Source: an archaeon
Lineage (GTDB): Archaea; Nanobdellota; Nanobdellia; SCGC-AAA011-G17; VGLX01
Direction of reading: 5' to 3'
Assembly: GCA_043810595.1 (NCBI GenBank)
Contig: JBDRNX010000022.1
Coordinates: 1 to 47,035, forward strand
Length of the DNA stretch: 47,035 bases
The translations under genes and the position numbers were made by a program. Positions 19,799 to 28,486 of the stretch are shown piece by piece (the stretch's first letter is position 1; each line of letters starts with the position of its first letter). The notes beneath the pieces were generated by a model. That model made no database searches. It was not told the DNA's origin and saw only the letters and a list, made by a program, of their open reading frames with translations.

Positions 19799-20737
19799 CT
19801 ATTTTATTAAATCACCAGTCCATACTTCTGAAGATTCTTTACGACTGAATACTCTGAAAAGAGATAAAAATGCGACGTAGTGGAAGGGCCACGCCAGAAA
19901 CATGGTAACTGGTAACCCCATGAAAGTTATTCCTTCAAATGGCCAGTTGATATAAGCCCATAGATTATAAATAAGATTCTGGGATTCCATAAACACTGCG
20001 AGGACAAATGAACAAACAAGTATGGAAATTAGAGGGGTAGGATAGCTATGTACAATATCTTTAATAAGCGAATTCTCTTTAATCCTGTATTCAGCATATT
20101 CTAGTACAAACCAGAGACCGAGAAATATTAATAGGATACTCCCAAAAGGGATAACATAAGTAGAGGTTTTACTATACAGATCTTCAGCTTCGATTAATGC
20201 TGTGCCTTGTTTGGAATAGTCCTGGTATATCCACACCACTGAAACTATCAACAAAAACAATCCTATTAGACCCAATGCTGGGAATAAGGTATGTTCCCAC
20301 CTAAATCTTTTTTTAACATGCTTTTTTCCTTTATGAAAATAATCAAATAAAGCCTTTGTAGCCAAGTAACTTTCACATATTAACAAACAATAAACAAAAA
20401 AGCCAGGTATAAGAAACAGGAAATAGGTTATGTAACCCCAATATGGATATATCCATAATTTACCCAACCAATGAGCAACCAATTCAAGAATAAATACGCT
20501 TACTACTGACAATATTGTAAAAGAAATGACATTCTCCTTACTCTTTATTATTTCATTGATGAGTGATTTATGGCGTAGTTTAAGAGTTATTGCATCGCAT
20601 ATCAGTATAACTCCTATCATAAACATAAAATTGAAGAGAATGAGTGAGAATGAATTAATAAATTGCTTGGGAACAAAAAACTGTAGATAAGAAAGAGCAA
20701 ATAATAAAATACCTAGGAAAACCCTCTTTTTTACCAT
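19799..20737 (-). CDS. multi-pass membrane protein with internal two-fold repeat; atypical composition
   Basis: About 8-9 hydrophobic segments; repeated E-x(6-7)-LWxY..W motif (ELVAHWLGKLWIYPYW / ESQNLIYNLWAYINWP); AT-rich. Confidence 0.8.
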   Translation of the reverse strand: MVKKRVFLGILLFALSYLQFFVPKQFINSFSLILFNFMFMIGVILICDAITLKLRHKSLINEIIKSKENVISFTILSVVSVFILELVAHWLGKLWIYPYWGYITYFLFLIPGFFVYCLLICESYLATKALFDYFHKGKKHVKKRFRWEHTLFPALGLIGLFLLIVSVVWIYQDYSKQGTALIEAEDLYSKTSTYVIPFGSILLIFLGLWFVLEYAEYRIKENSLIKDIVHSYPTPLISILVCSFVLAVFMESQNLIYNLWAYINWPFEGITFMGLPVTMFLAWPFHYVAFLSLFRVFSRKESSEVWTGDLIK

Positions 20738-20907
20738 GCTTATAGTTATAAAGAATGATTTTATAAGTTTATTGGGTTAAATCAATAACTTAGGAATTTT
20801 ACCCCTTTTATTTTTAACGCATATTTTACAAAATATATTTTCTAGGCAATAGACACCCGACATGCACAAAGAAAGAATTTAAAAAAAGCCAAAAAGATAA
20901 AAAGAGC

Positions 20908-21768
20908 ATGATAGCGGTATCAGCCCTGCCAACATACTTATTCTGCCCGAGAAAAATGTACCTGCAGTATGTACTAGAAGTAAAACCCATAGAAGCAGAC
21001 GTAGTCGTAAAAGGAGATGTAAAACACGCGATATTCGACCACATCAACAAAGCAGAGGAAGAAATAGTAAACAGAATAAGCACGGAAAACATACAAGAAG
21101 CGGCGATGATGTACAAACAAGAATACTACAAGGCCATGATGCAGACAATAGAACAAAAACAAGAAGTCATAGAAAAAGTAGGGATAAACAAGATGCAACT
21201 GCTGGAAGAAACATGGCAGAGAATACTGCAAGAAGCAGAAACAAGAGCAAAAAACGTAATAGAGTTTGCACAACAAAACCAGATATTCGGCAAGGAACTG
21301 TGGGACAACTTAAAGCCAAAGTACATCACAGAACTAACGGTAGCATCAAACATACTCAAACTGAGAGGAAGAATAGATAGGGTTGAAGTAGAAGAAGAAA
21401 AATACACACCGATAGAACTCAAAACAGGAAAAATGCCCTTCAACGGAATGTGGCCCGGAGACAGAATACAGTTAGGAGCATACATACTACTGCTGCAAAG
21501 AAAATACAAATCAGAACACGGCTACCTCGAATATGTACAATACGGGGTGAGGAAAAAACTAACAATGGAAGAGCCGCTAAAAAGAGACATAATAACACTT
21601 GTAGGAGAGGTGCATGACACGATAAGAAAAAGAGAACTGCCAAGAAAATGCGACAACCAAAACAAGTGCGCAAGCTGCATAATGAGAAAAGGATGCAGGG
21701 AAATAACTATGAACTACGCACTAGAGAAAGAATCTCCCGAAGATCATGAGAACCCTTATAGCGCTTAG
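20908..21768 (+). CDS. stand-alone Cas4-like PD-(D/E)XK nuclease with 4Fe-4S ligands
   Basis: YLFCPRK, KG..KH, GRIDRV, PIELKTG, DRIQLGAY, C-terminal KCASC...C; no cas1/cas2 or array nearby. Confidence 0.88.
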   Translation: MIAVSALPTYLFCPRKMYLQYVLEVKPIEADVVVKGDVKHAIFDHINKAEEEIVNRISTENIQEAAMMYKQEYYKAMMQTIEQKQEVIEKVGINKMQLLEETWQRILQEAETRAKNVIEFAQQNQIFGKELWDNLKPKYITELTVASNILKLRGRIDRVEVEEEKYTPIELKTGKMPFNGMWPGDRIQLGAYILLLQRKYKSEHGYLEYVQYGVRKKLTMEEPLKRDIITLVGEVHDTIRKRELPRKCDNQNKCASCIMRKGCREITMNYALEKESPEDHENPYSA

Positions 21769-22282
21769 CAGCAGACCTGAACTTTTTCACATCAACCTTT
21801 ATTCTCTTTTTTACTAACAAAGAAGAAACTTTCCTTGAAGTAAGAAACTGAACAAACTGGGTGACATTCTTAGGAGTTTCAGTGTTCCTGCAACGCTCAA
21901 AATCTATCATGACAGGCTTATTTTTCCTAACTATGACATGCTTGTAAGGATTTGTAAGCTCCTCCTTGTTAACACCCAAAGAATCAAGCTTATGACACTG
22001 CAACAAAACATCATTTATAACCTTCAAAATCTGTTTTTTATTTGCAGAAGCAAAAAAATCAAGAACCCTCAAGCCACCAACAAATTCCATAACAATAAAA
22101 TCCTTACCAAAACAAAAAAGCTTCGGACCGATCTTATGCTTATTCAAAACAACAAGCCAGTAAGCCTCATTACGAAGATTCTCAACAAAATTAGGGTTAG
22201 CAACCTTCCTCACAGCCTTCCTACCTTCATAACAATCAAGATAGACTTTAGACCTCTTACCCTTAGCAAAAAAACCATCCAT
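21707..22282 (-). CDS. atypical Ser/Thr protein-kinase-like protein (RIO/Bud32-related fold)
   Basis: Start at ATG 22282: AKGKRSKVY (P-loop), AVRK, NEA, IGPKL, VMEFVGG, MIDFE. The upstream part of the tracked ORF is antisense to the next gene. Confidence 0.8.
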   Translation of the reverse strand: MDGFFAKGKRSKVYLDCYEGRKAVRKVANPNFVENLRNEAYWLVVLNKHKIGPKLFCFGKDFIVMEFVGGLRVLDFFASANKKQILKVINDVLLQCHKLDSLGVNKEELTNPYKHVIVRKNKPVMIDFERCRNTETPKNVTQFVQFLTSRKVSSLLVKKRIKVDVKKFRSAAKRYKGSHDLREILSLVRSS

Positions 22283-22334
22283 AGACAATCTAATAGAAAG
22301 GTATATAAATAAATCTTTCCTCAAATGAAATAAC

Positions 22335-24392
22335 ATGAAAAAGAGGTTAATAGGGCTTCTAATAGCATTTACAATACTAGCAATATCAGCCCAAGCAGCA
22401 GACACAAACTTCAGCATACAAAAATCATACGACTGGCTGCTAGACCAAAAAACCAACGGAAGTTTCGGAAGCATAATAGACAACTCAGCGTCCGTACTTG
22501 CGCTGAAGGCATCAGGATATAATCCGCAGGACACGATAGAATATTTAGCATCGCAAGAAAACACACAACACTGCTGGCCAAAAACAAGCTGCAGAACCAA
22601 AGAAACAACATTCGTAATTCTAGCATATGACATAATGGGAACAGCAACAGAAGACGCAGAAACATGGATGAAAAACGCACAGTCAGCAGCGCTGCAATCA
22701 GGAAACTGGTGGCTGGAAGTAGCAACAACAGACACAGGAACATGCACGGTAAAGTACACAAAAAACAACCAGGAAGTCACAAAAACAATAAAAGTGGACA
22801 ACGGAAGATTCACAGACTGCGGCAACACAACATTCCTAAACATAAACAACTGCATAGAAGCAAACTTCGTAAAAAACTTCCCAACAATAAAAATGTACGT
22901 AGACTGCGGAACATTAAGCAACGCACTAATATCATTAATCTACAACTCAGCAAACTCATACTATATCTTAACAGACTCGCAAAGTAAAGTTGCCGAAATA
23001 ACAATAGAGAACGGATGCTTCGGTGTCGGTTATAAGGACCCGGCATGCAACTACGAGTCAACCCTATACGCAAACTGGGCACTCACTGAAATAGACTCAG
23101 ACACAAGCTCAAAAATTTACCTAACCGACAATTATGACAAAACAAACACACTACACAACGCACTACTATTCCTAACACTAGGAGACAAAAAATACCTAGA
23201 CGAACTACAAGCAAGACAGAGAAGCGACGGAAGCTGGGACAACGACGTATACAGGACAGCAGTAGCCGTACTCGCCATGAAAGAAATGGCAGACTACGGC
23301 AACGAAGTAAACGAAGCCATAGAATGGCTGAAAACAAAACAAAAAACAGACGGATCATTTGGAGACGTAACAACAACAGCAATAGTGCTTTACGCTGCAT
23401 TCACAGAAGGAGAAGTGGAATTCCCATCATGCACCAACGGCAGAAGAGACTCAGGCGAAAGAGGGGTTGACTGCGGAGGAGTATGCCAACAATATGACGA
23501 CTGCTGCAACAACGGAGTAAAAGATGAGGATGAAGAAGGTGTAGACTGCGGAGATATATGCAACATAGACTGTCCAGAAATAGTATGTGACGAAGACGGA
23601 AAATGCGAAGAAGACCAAGGAGAAGACTGCCAGAACTGCCCGGAAGATTGCGAAACTTGTGCTGGAGTGTGCAACAACGACGGATTCTGCGATGAATACG
23701 CAGGGGAAGACTGCAACAACTGCCCTGACGACTGCGGAAGCTGTCAAAAAGAAGTATGCGACAACAACAGAGTATGTGACTATGACCTAGTGAGCAGGGG
23801 CTACGATGAGTACTATGAGAATGAAAACTCGGACAACTGCCCTGACGACTGCTACTGCGGTGACCTAATCTGCGACGACGCAGAAAACTATGCAACCTGC
23901 CCGGGAGATTGCGCAGAATTAGAAGGGTGCGGTGACGGAACTTGTGACGTAACAACAGAGACAGAAGGCAACTGCCCAGAAGACTGCGCAGAACAACCAC
24001 TGGCATGCAACAATGACGGAACATGCGATGAAGAAGAGGGATGCAGCTGCGAAGACTGCAAAGACGAGGAAATATGCAAGACGGGAGGAGGGTTCCCCTG
24101 GTGGATAGTCCTGATATTACTGGTATTGCTGCTGGTTGTGGTAGCATACATATACCTCAAGAAAAAAGGAGGCAAGAAAAAAGGACCAGAACTATTCGGA
24201 TTCGGCAAGCCACTACTAAGGAAACCGGAAATAAAAGAGTTCAAGCCGCTGCCGATGAAAGAAATGAAACCAGAAAAGAAACAGGCAACAGTAACCATAA
24301 CACCAGCAAAAGCCAAGGGAGAATCCAGCAAAGTAGAACAGGAACTTGAAAAATCACTAAGAGAAGCAAAAAAACTGCTAGGAAAGAAATAA
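22335..24392 (+). CDS. membrane-anchored surface protein: prenyltransferase/squalene-cyclase-like helical repeats plus Cys/Asp-rich repeats
   Basis: Signal peptide; QKTNGSFG, QRSDGSW and QKTDGSFG (QxxDGSW/F) repeats; Cys-rich stalk; TM WWIVLILLVLLLVVVAYIYL followed by a basic tail. Confidence 0.85.
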   Translation: MKKRLIGLLIAFTILAISAQAADTNFSIQKSYDWLLDQKTNGSFGSIIDNSASVLALKASGYNPQDTIEYLASQENTQHCWPKTSCRTKETTFVILAYDIMGTATEDAETWMKNAQSAALQSGNWWLEVATTDTGTCTVKYTKNNQEVTKTIKVDNGRFTDCGNTTFLNINNCIEANFVKNFPTIKMYVDCGTLSNALISLIYNSANSYYILTDSQSKVAEITIENGCFGVGYKDPACNYESTLYANWALTEIDSDTSSKIYLTDNYDKTNTLHNALLFLTLGDKKYLDELQARQRSDGSWDNDVYRTAVAVLAMKEMADYGNEVNEAIEWLKTKQKTDGSFGDVTTTAIVLYAAFTEGEVEFPSCTNGRRDSGERGVDCGGVCQQYDDCCNNGVKDEDEEGVDCGDICNIDCPEIVCDEDGKCEEDQGEDCQNCPEDCETCAGVCNNDGFCDEYAGEDCNNCPDDCGSCQKEVCDNNRVCDYDLVSRGYDEYYENENSDNCPDDCYCGDLICDDAENYATCPGDCAELEGCGDGTCDVTTETEGNCPEDCAEQPLACNNDGTCDEEEGCSCEDCKDEEICKTGGGFPWWIVLILLVLLLVVVAYIYLKKKGGKKKGPELFGFGKPLLRKPEIKEFKPLPMKEMKPEKKQATVTITPAKAKGESSKVEQELEKSLREAKKLLGKK
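23430..24077 (+). repeat. protein-level Cys-rich repeats
   Basis: Two CxNGxxDxxExGVDCGxxC units, then several C(G/N/D)xDGxCD...NCPxDC units; 38 Cys counted in about 216 codons. Confidence 0.85.
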
Positions 24393-24809
24393 TCACTTAT
24401 TCTCTTTTTCCTTACCCTTCAAATAAACGTTCTCTGCAGCAAGCTGCTTAGCAGTAAAAGCATAATGGTGCAGCTGTGCAAGCAACTCGTTAAGCAGGTA
24501 AGCATAATCAACACCGGACAACTCAACCTTCTCAGGAGAAATAATCTCGACAGAAGAAGGCATGTAATCAAAGCAGACATCCATAAGCTTCTTCAAAGAA
24601 ACAGCCTCTATATCAACATCAGAAAAACTACTCCACATGGGTTTTATCTTGTCATTCTGCTCAGCAGCATACGTGGCATCCTTAAGAAGCTTCACACCCT
24701 CCTCCTTCTTCAACTTATCAATAACCATCTTCATGGTCTGATCAACATGCTCCTTAGGAGAACCTAGAAGCTCGATAACAAGCTTTGCTCTAATTTTTTG
24801 ATTTTCCAT
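24393..24809 (-). CDS. conserved archaeal hypothetical protein
   Basis: IELLGSPKEHV...S.FS.VDI...FDYMPSSVEII.P pattern; TTTATTAA box 24 nt upstream. Confidence 0.8.
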   Translation of the reverse strand: MENQKIRAKLVIELLGSPKEHVDQTMKMVIDKLKKEEGVKLLKDATYAAEQNDKIKPMWSSFSDVDIEAVSLKKLMDVCFDYMPSSVEIISPEKVELSGVDYAYLLNELLAQLHHYAFTAKQLAAENVYLKGKEKENK

Positions 24810-24926
24810 AACAAAACAACAAAATTAATGGTTTAATAAAGTTTCGATAAAATACACGTTATTACAAAATAGTAATTATTTGACATAAAATCTTATAAAT
24901 AAAAAAGCCTAAAAAAACCAAGCAAA

Positions 24927-25397
24927 ATGGTGACAAAAAAAACAGAGTACAACCTACAAGAAAGACTGAAAGAAGCAACCACAAGCATACTGAATTCTGC
25001 TAGAAGAGAATACAGAAAAAAGATGGACTATGTAATAGACACTATTTTCTCAGAAGATGATATCAAAAAAATACTCACAGGGACACAGAGAATAGACAAG
25101 CTACTAAGCTACGTAAAATCGGCATACGGAAGGGAAGAACCACGCGGGGGGGAACGAGAAAGAAGATGGGAACAAAGACAAGCACTCATAAAAAAACTTG
25201 AAGACTACTCGCTAAGCGACATAATCCCAAAAGAAGAACTAAAAAAGAGGACAGGGCTCAAACTGAGACAACTGTTTGGGTATACTTTGGGAAATGATTC
25301 GGTACTAATCAAAGTAGATCCGCTTCACTACAAGATAAACCCAAAAAACAAGGAACGCCCCAAAGATTTAAAAAAAAAGAAAGGCCGCACTTCATAG
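24927..25397 (+). CDS. hypothetical basic protein; possible -1 frame extension to 25462
   Basis: 156-aa ORF with TATA cttataaa at about 24892-24899. Ends just after an A9 run; the -1 frame is open to TAA at 25460-25462. Confidence 0.7.
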   Translation: MVTKKTEYNLQERLKEATTSILNSARREYRKKMDYVIDTIFSEDDIKKILTGTQRIDKLLSYVKSAYGREEPRGGERERRWEQRQALIKKLEDYSLSDIIPKEELKKRTGLKLRQLFGYTLGNDSVLIKVDPLHYKINPKNKERPKDLKKKKGRTS

Positions 25398-25504
25398 ACC
25401 GCACGGGAGGAGTGCATTTCAAACATAAAGAATTCTTAGATGCAGAAACAGGGCTCAGATAACGACCATAACTTTTAAATAATACTAGATAATCTTTCTA
25501 AATA

Positions 25505-26284
25505 ATGAAAAAGGGGCAGATAACACTTTTTGTCATACTAGGCGCTGTTCTGTTAATACTAATCCTACTTGTATTCACATTCAGGGAGACCCTGATGGAA
25601 CAAGCAACAAAGGTAGGAATACCAACAACGATAGCTATGAGCAAGGAAGCAAAAGAAGTGCAAAATGAGATGACAAGATGCCTGAGAAACAGCGCAGAAA
25701 CGGGGCTGATAACGATGGCATTACAAGGAGGCTATGTCATGTTTGATCCGAAAACACCCTACACAGAAGCAACAACAACGATGTACTACATACCATACGT
25801 TGGAACAGCGTACCTGTACTACAAAGGAAAAAACATGGTTCCAACAAAAGAAACCATGGAAAGACAACTAGAGGGTTACATAACAGCAAATTTAGAGATA
25901 TGCGAAAAAGACTATTCTGGCCTGGAAGTCGAATACGGGGACTATGACACAAGCGTAACCATAGAAGAAAACCAAGTCAGCATCGACATAAACACAAAAG
26001 TAAGCGTAACAAAAGAAGAAACAACAAGCAGCTTCAGAGACATATACATAGAAGTGCCGGTAAGACTTGGGGGACTAAGGGACATAACAAACCAGATAGT
26101 GGAAGAACAGGTAAAGACAGGAAAAGAGGGAATATGCCTAAGCTGCATATCAAGGATAGCAGCCAACAACGACGTGGAAATAAGCATAGACCGGGTAGGG
26201 GAAGACGTATTTTACATGCTAACAGACCAAAAATCAAAACTAGCAGGAGAAAACTACATATTCATAATGGCTAACCAATTTTAG
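25505..26284 (+). CDS. class III signal peptide (archaeal pilin-like) protein
   Basis: MKKG|QITLFVILGAVLLILILLVF prepilin-type N-terminus; ALQGGY motif. Confidence 0.8.
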   Translation: MKKGQITLFVILGAVLLILILLVFTFRETLMEQATKVGIPTTIAMSKEAKEVQNEMTRCLRNSAETGLITMALQGGYVMFDPKTPYTEATTTMYYIPYVGTAYLYYKGKNMVPTKETMERQLEGYITANLEICEKDYSGLEVEYGDYDTSVTIEENQVSIDINTKVSVTKEETTSSFRDIYIEVPVRLGGLRDITNQIVEEQVKTGKEGICLSCISRIAANNDVEISIDRVGEDVFYMLTDQKSKLAGENYIFIMANQF

Positions 26285-26287
26285 AAA

Positions 26288-28354
26288 ATGAAAAACAAAA
26301 CAAAAATCCTGATAACGGCAATCCTAATGACGCTAATCCTAGCCGTCAGCATAAAGGCATCGATATTTGCAACTATAGGAATGAAAGGATTGAGTTTTGC
26401 TAACCCTGAGGCAGCACAGATAGTACAAACTGTGATCAGCCTGCAAGACCCAGCATCTTTCGTAGGAGGATATGTCGTAGGACAGATAAGCGGAGAATTG
26501 GTAGGGGAGATAGCAAAACAGAGTCCAGAAGCAGCACAGGCAATAAGGCAATACAACGAAATACAGGGATGGGTGCAAGAAGGAGCACAGATAGTAGAAG
26601 AAGTAAAACTAAGCGACAAGGGAGAAATGGCAGGAGGGAAAATAGCGATAGGAGAAGAACAAGACGTATCATTCCTACTAAACTCAAAAGCAGAAAGGGG
26701 AAGCACTAAAGTAAGCAACATGGAAATATCAACGGCAGGAGAAGACCAAGACATAACCTTCACAGCCAAAGAAGGAGGAGTTACGGAAATAAATGGGAAA
26801 AGATATGAAAACCTAAAAAAGGGAAGCAAACTAATAGCTGACAGAGAAGGGCAAGTCAAAGAAGCAGACATGACATTCACGAAAGCAACAAACCTCGAGC
26901 TTGGCGGAAGAAAAATACAAGCAGCAGAGGGAATGAGGGTTGTTTACAAAGACGGGGTAATAGACGTTTACGGGAAAGGACAAACAGTAACCGTAGACTC
27001 GCAAAAAATAGGCATAAACAGCGACAACGTAAAAATAGACCAACAAAAAATCACAGGAGAAGACTTCACACTGGACAACAACAGGTTCACAAGCACAAAA
27101 GAAGGGGAACTCGCAGAAGTAACAACAAAAAATGAAGGATACTTACTAGGAAAGAATACGCAAGCTGAAACAAACAACCTCATTGTAAATTCTGAAAACG
27201 GAAACGTCCTACTATCAAAAGGCTGCCAGAATATAGGCGGCTTTTCAAACTACGCAAACCCATGCGGAAAAACACTAACCATGGAAGGAAACGGCTTTAA
27301 CGTGGCACTCAAAGAAGGACAGCAATACGGCCTTGACATAGAAAAGGGAGACACGCTAAAATACGAGATGGCCGGCGGGAAAGTTGTACTAAAAGACGGA
27401 GAAGAAGCAATATCAACCGCAAAAGGAAGGGTCATAGTAACAAACGGAGATGTAAAAATACAGTATAGAAATGCAGACGGGGTAACACAAGCATTTGTGG
27501 ACCCAAATGACGTAGGGGAACATCCAGACGTCAAGGTCGTGACAAAATACGATGAACTAACCACACTAGCAGACTCAGAAACAGGAGCAGAAAACGTCTA
27601 CGCATGCTCAGCAGAGGGAACAGGAGCTATAACAGGGGGAGCAACATTCTGGGAAAGATGCAAATCGCTACTGGGAATGAACACCCAAAAGATAAACGAA
27701 CTAGTAGGACAGCCGCTCTGGGAAGGTGAAACCATAACAGAGGAAAAAGAAACCAAAAAATATGAAACGTCAGACGGCAAAACAGTATACACAAAGATAA
27801 TAAGAACGAAAGATGCGAGCGGAAAGGAGCACAGTTACTCCATGTCAAGCGACGGAACAGTATACGAATGGAACTACCAGAGGAACAGATGGGAAAAACA
27901 GGACTACACGCTAGAAGAAGATTCCCTTACAAGCCTGGGAATACCAAAAACAGAAACTGCACTAGCAAAAGCACCCACAGAAACAATAACACCAAAAAAA
28001 GAACCTAGCATGCTAGGGGCCCACATGCAAAGGGGAGAACAGGAGTGGGAAGCAAGAAGACAATACGCGATGAAACTAAGCGTATGTGGGGATGACGGAA
28101 GAACACAGTGCACACAAAAAGACTACTTCCTACCAACCGGACTTAGCTTAGAGCAACTGGAAAAATCAGGAAGGGGCTACGTAAAAATACAACCAGCACC
28201 GTACAAAGGACTGCAGGGACCGATAACAGCACCCGGTTACATAGTGGAGATACAAAAAGACCCGAGAGGGGGTTACATACTGCAGTCAATAGACTCGCAA
28301 ATCTCATTCAAGCCAGTCGGAAACAAGGGCGTAGTAAAACTAATTTCTCAATAA
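26288..28354 (+). CDS. large secreted protein of unknown function (688 aa)
   Basis: N-terminal signal peptide, Gly/Thr/Glu beta-rich body, internal AITG motif; starts 3 nt after the pilin-like gene. Confidence 0.8.
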   Translation: MKNKTKILITAILMTLILAVSIKASIFATIGMKGLSFANPEAAQIVQTVISLQDPASFVGGYVVGQISGELVGEIAKQSPEAAQAIRQYNEIQGWVQEGAQIVEEVKLSDKGEMAGGKIAIGEEQDVSFLLNSKAERGSTKVSNMEISTAGEDQDITFTAKEGGVTEINGKRYENLKKGSKLIADREGQVKEADMTFTKATNLELGGRKIQAAEGMRVVYKDGVIDVYGKGQTVTVDSQKIGINSDNVKIDQQKITGEDFTLDNNRFTSTKEGELAEVTTKNEGYLLGKNTQAETNNLIVNSENGNVLLSKGCQNIGGFSNYANPCGKTLTMEGNGFNVALKEGQQYGLDIEKGDTLKYEMAGGKVVLKDGEEAISTAKGRVIVTNGDVKIQYRNADGVTQAFVDPNDVGEHPDVKVVTKYDELTTLADSETGAENVYACSAEGTGAITGGATFWERCKSLLGMNTQKINELVGQPLWEGETITEEKETKKYETSDGKTVYTKIIRTKDASGKEHSYSMSSDGTVYEWNYQRNRWEKQDYTLEEDSLTSLGIPKTETALAKAPTETITPKKEPSMLGAHMQRGEQEWEARRQYAMKLSVCGDDGRTQCTQKDYFLPTGLSLEQLEKSGRGYVKIQPAPYKGLQGPITAPGYIVEIQKDPRGGYILQSIDSQISFKPVGNKGVVKLISQ

Positions 28355-28404
28355 AAGAAAAAGTAAGGGCAAAGCTGAAAGAGGTCAAAACAGCTCCACC
28401 CCTA
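28354..28404 (-). terminator. hairpin plus U-tract on the minus strand
   Basis: 5'-UAGGGGUGGAGCUG-[UUUUGACCUCUUU]-CAGCUUUGCCCUUA-CUUUUUCUUUU; fully paired only in the minus-strand sense. Confidence 0.55.
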
Positions 28405-28486
28405 AATGACTAACGCCTTGGAGGTCTAATTGGAGGTAATCAATCAGAATGACAGGCATCATGCATCTGATTGATGCTCTAAGAGC
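28354..28486 (-). ncRNA. candidate small RNA with three anti-SD (ACCUC) motifs
   Basis: Minus-strand TTTATTAA box (28507-28514); 5' mini-hairpin; 10-bp perfect stem; two ACCUCCAA repeats; 14-bp terminal stem with 4 G-U pairs followed by a U-tract. Confidence 0.55.

Noticed and set aside
20740-22330. CRISPR locus suggested by the Cas4-like gene
   Set aside because: No repeat-spacer array and no cas1/cas2/effector genes were seen anywhere in the window.
22283-22921. N-terminal 213 aa of the tracked 404-aa minus ORF
   Set aside because: Antisense to the surface-protein gene and its promoter; kinase motifs start only at the ATG at 22282.
22335-23420. Squalene/terpene cyclase or alpha-2-macroglobulin thioester activity
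   Set aside because: QxxDGSW repeats are present, but there is no DxDD catalytic motif and no CxEQ thioester motif.
28385-28462. Minus-strand 25-aa ORF MMPVILIDYLQLDLQGVSHLGVELF, resembling a DnaB Walker B motif
   Set aside because: Too short, no SD and no helicase context; best explained as coincidence within the structured RNA.
28445-28462. C/D-box-like ATGATG...CTGA on the minus strand
   Set aside because: Box C is imperfect, the spacing is too short for guide regions, and CTGA is buried in a perfect Watson-Crick stem.
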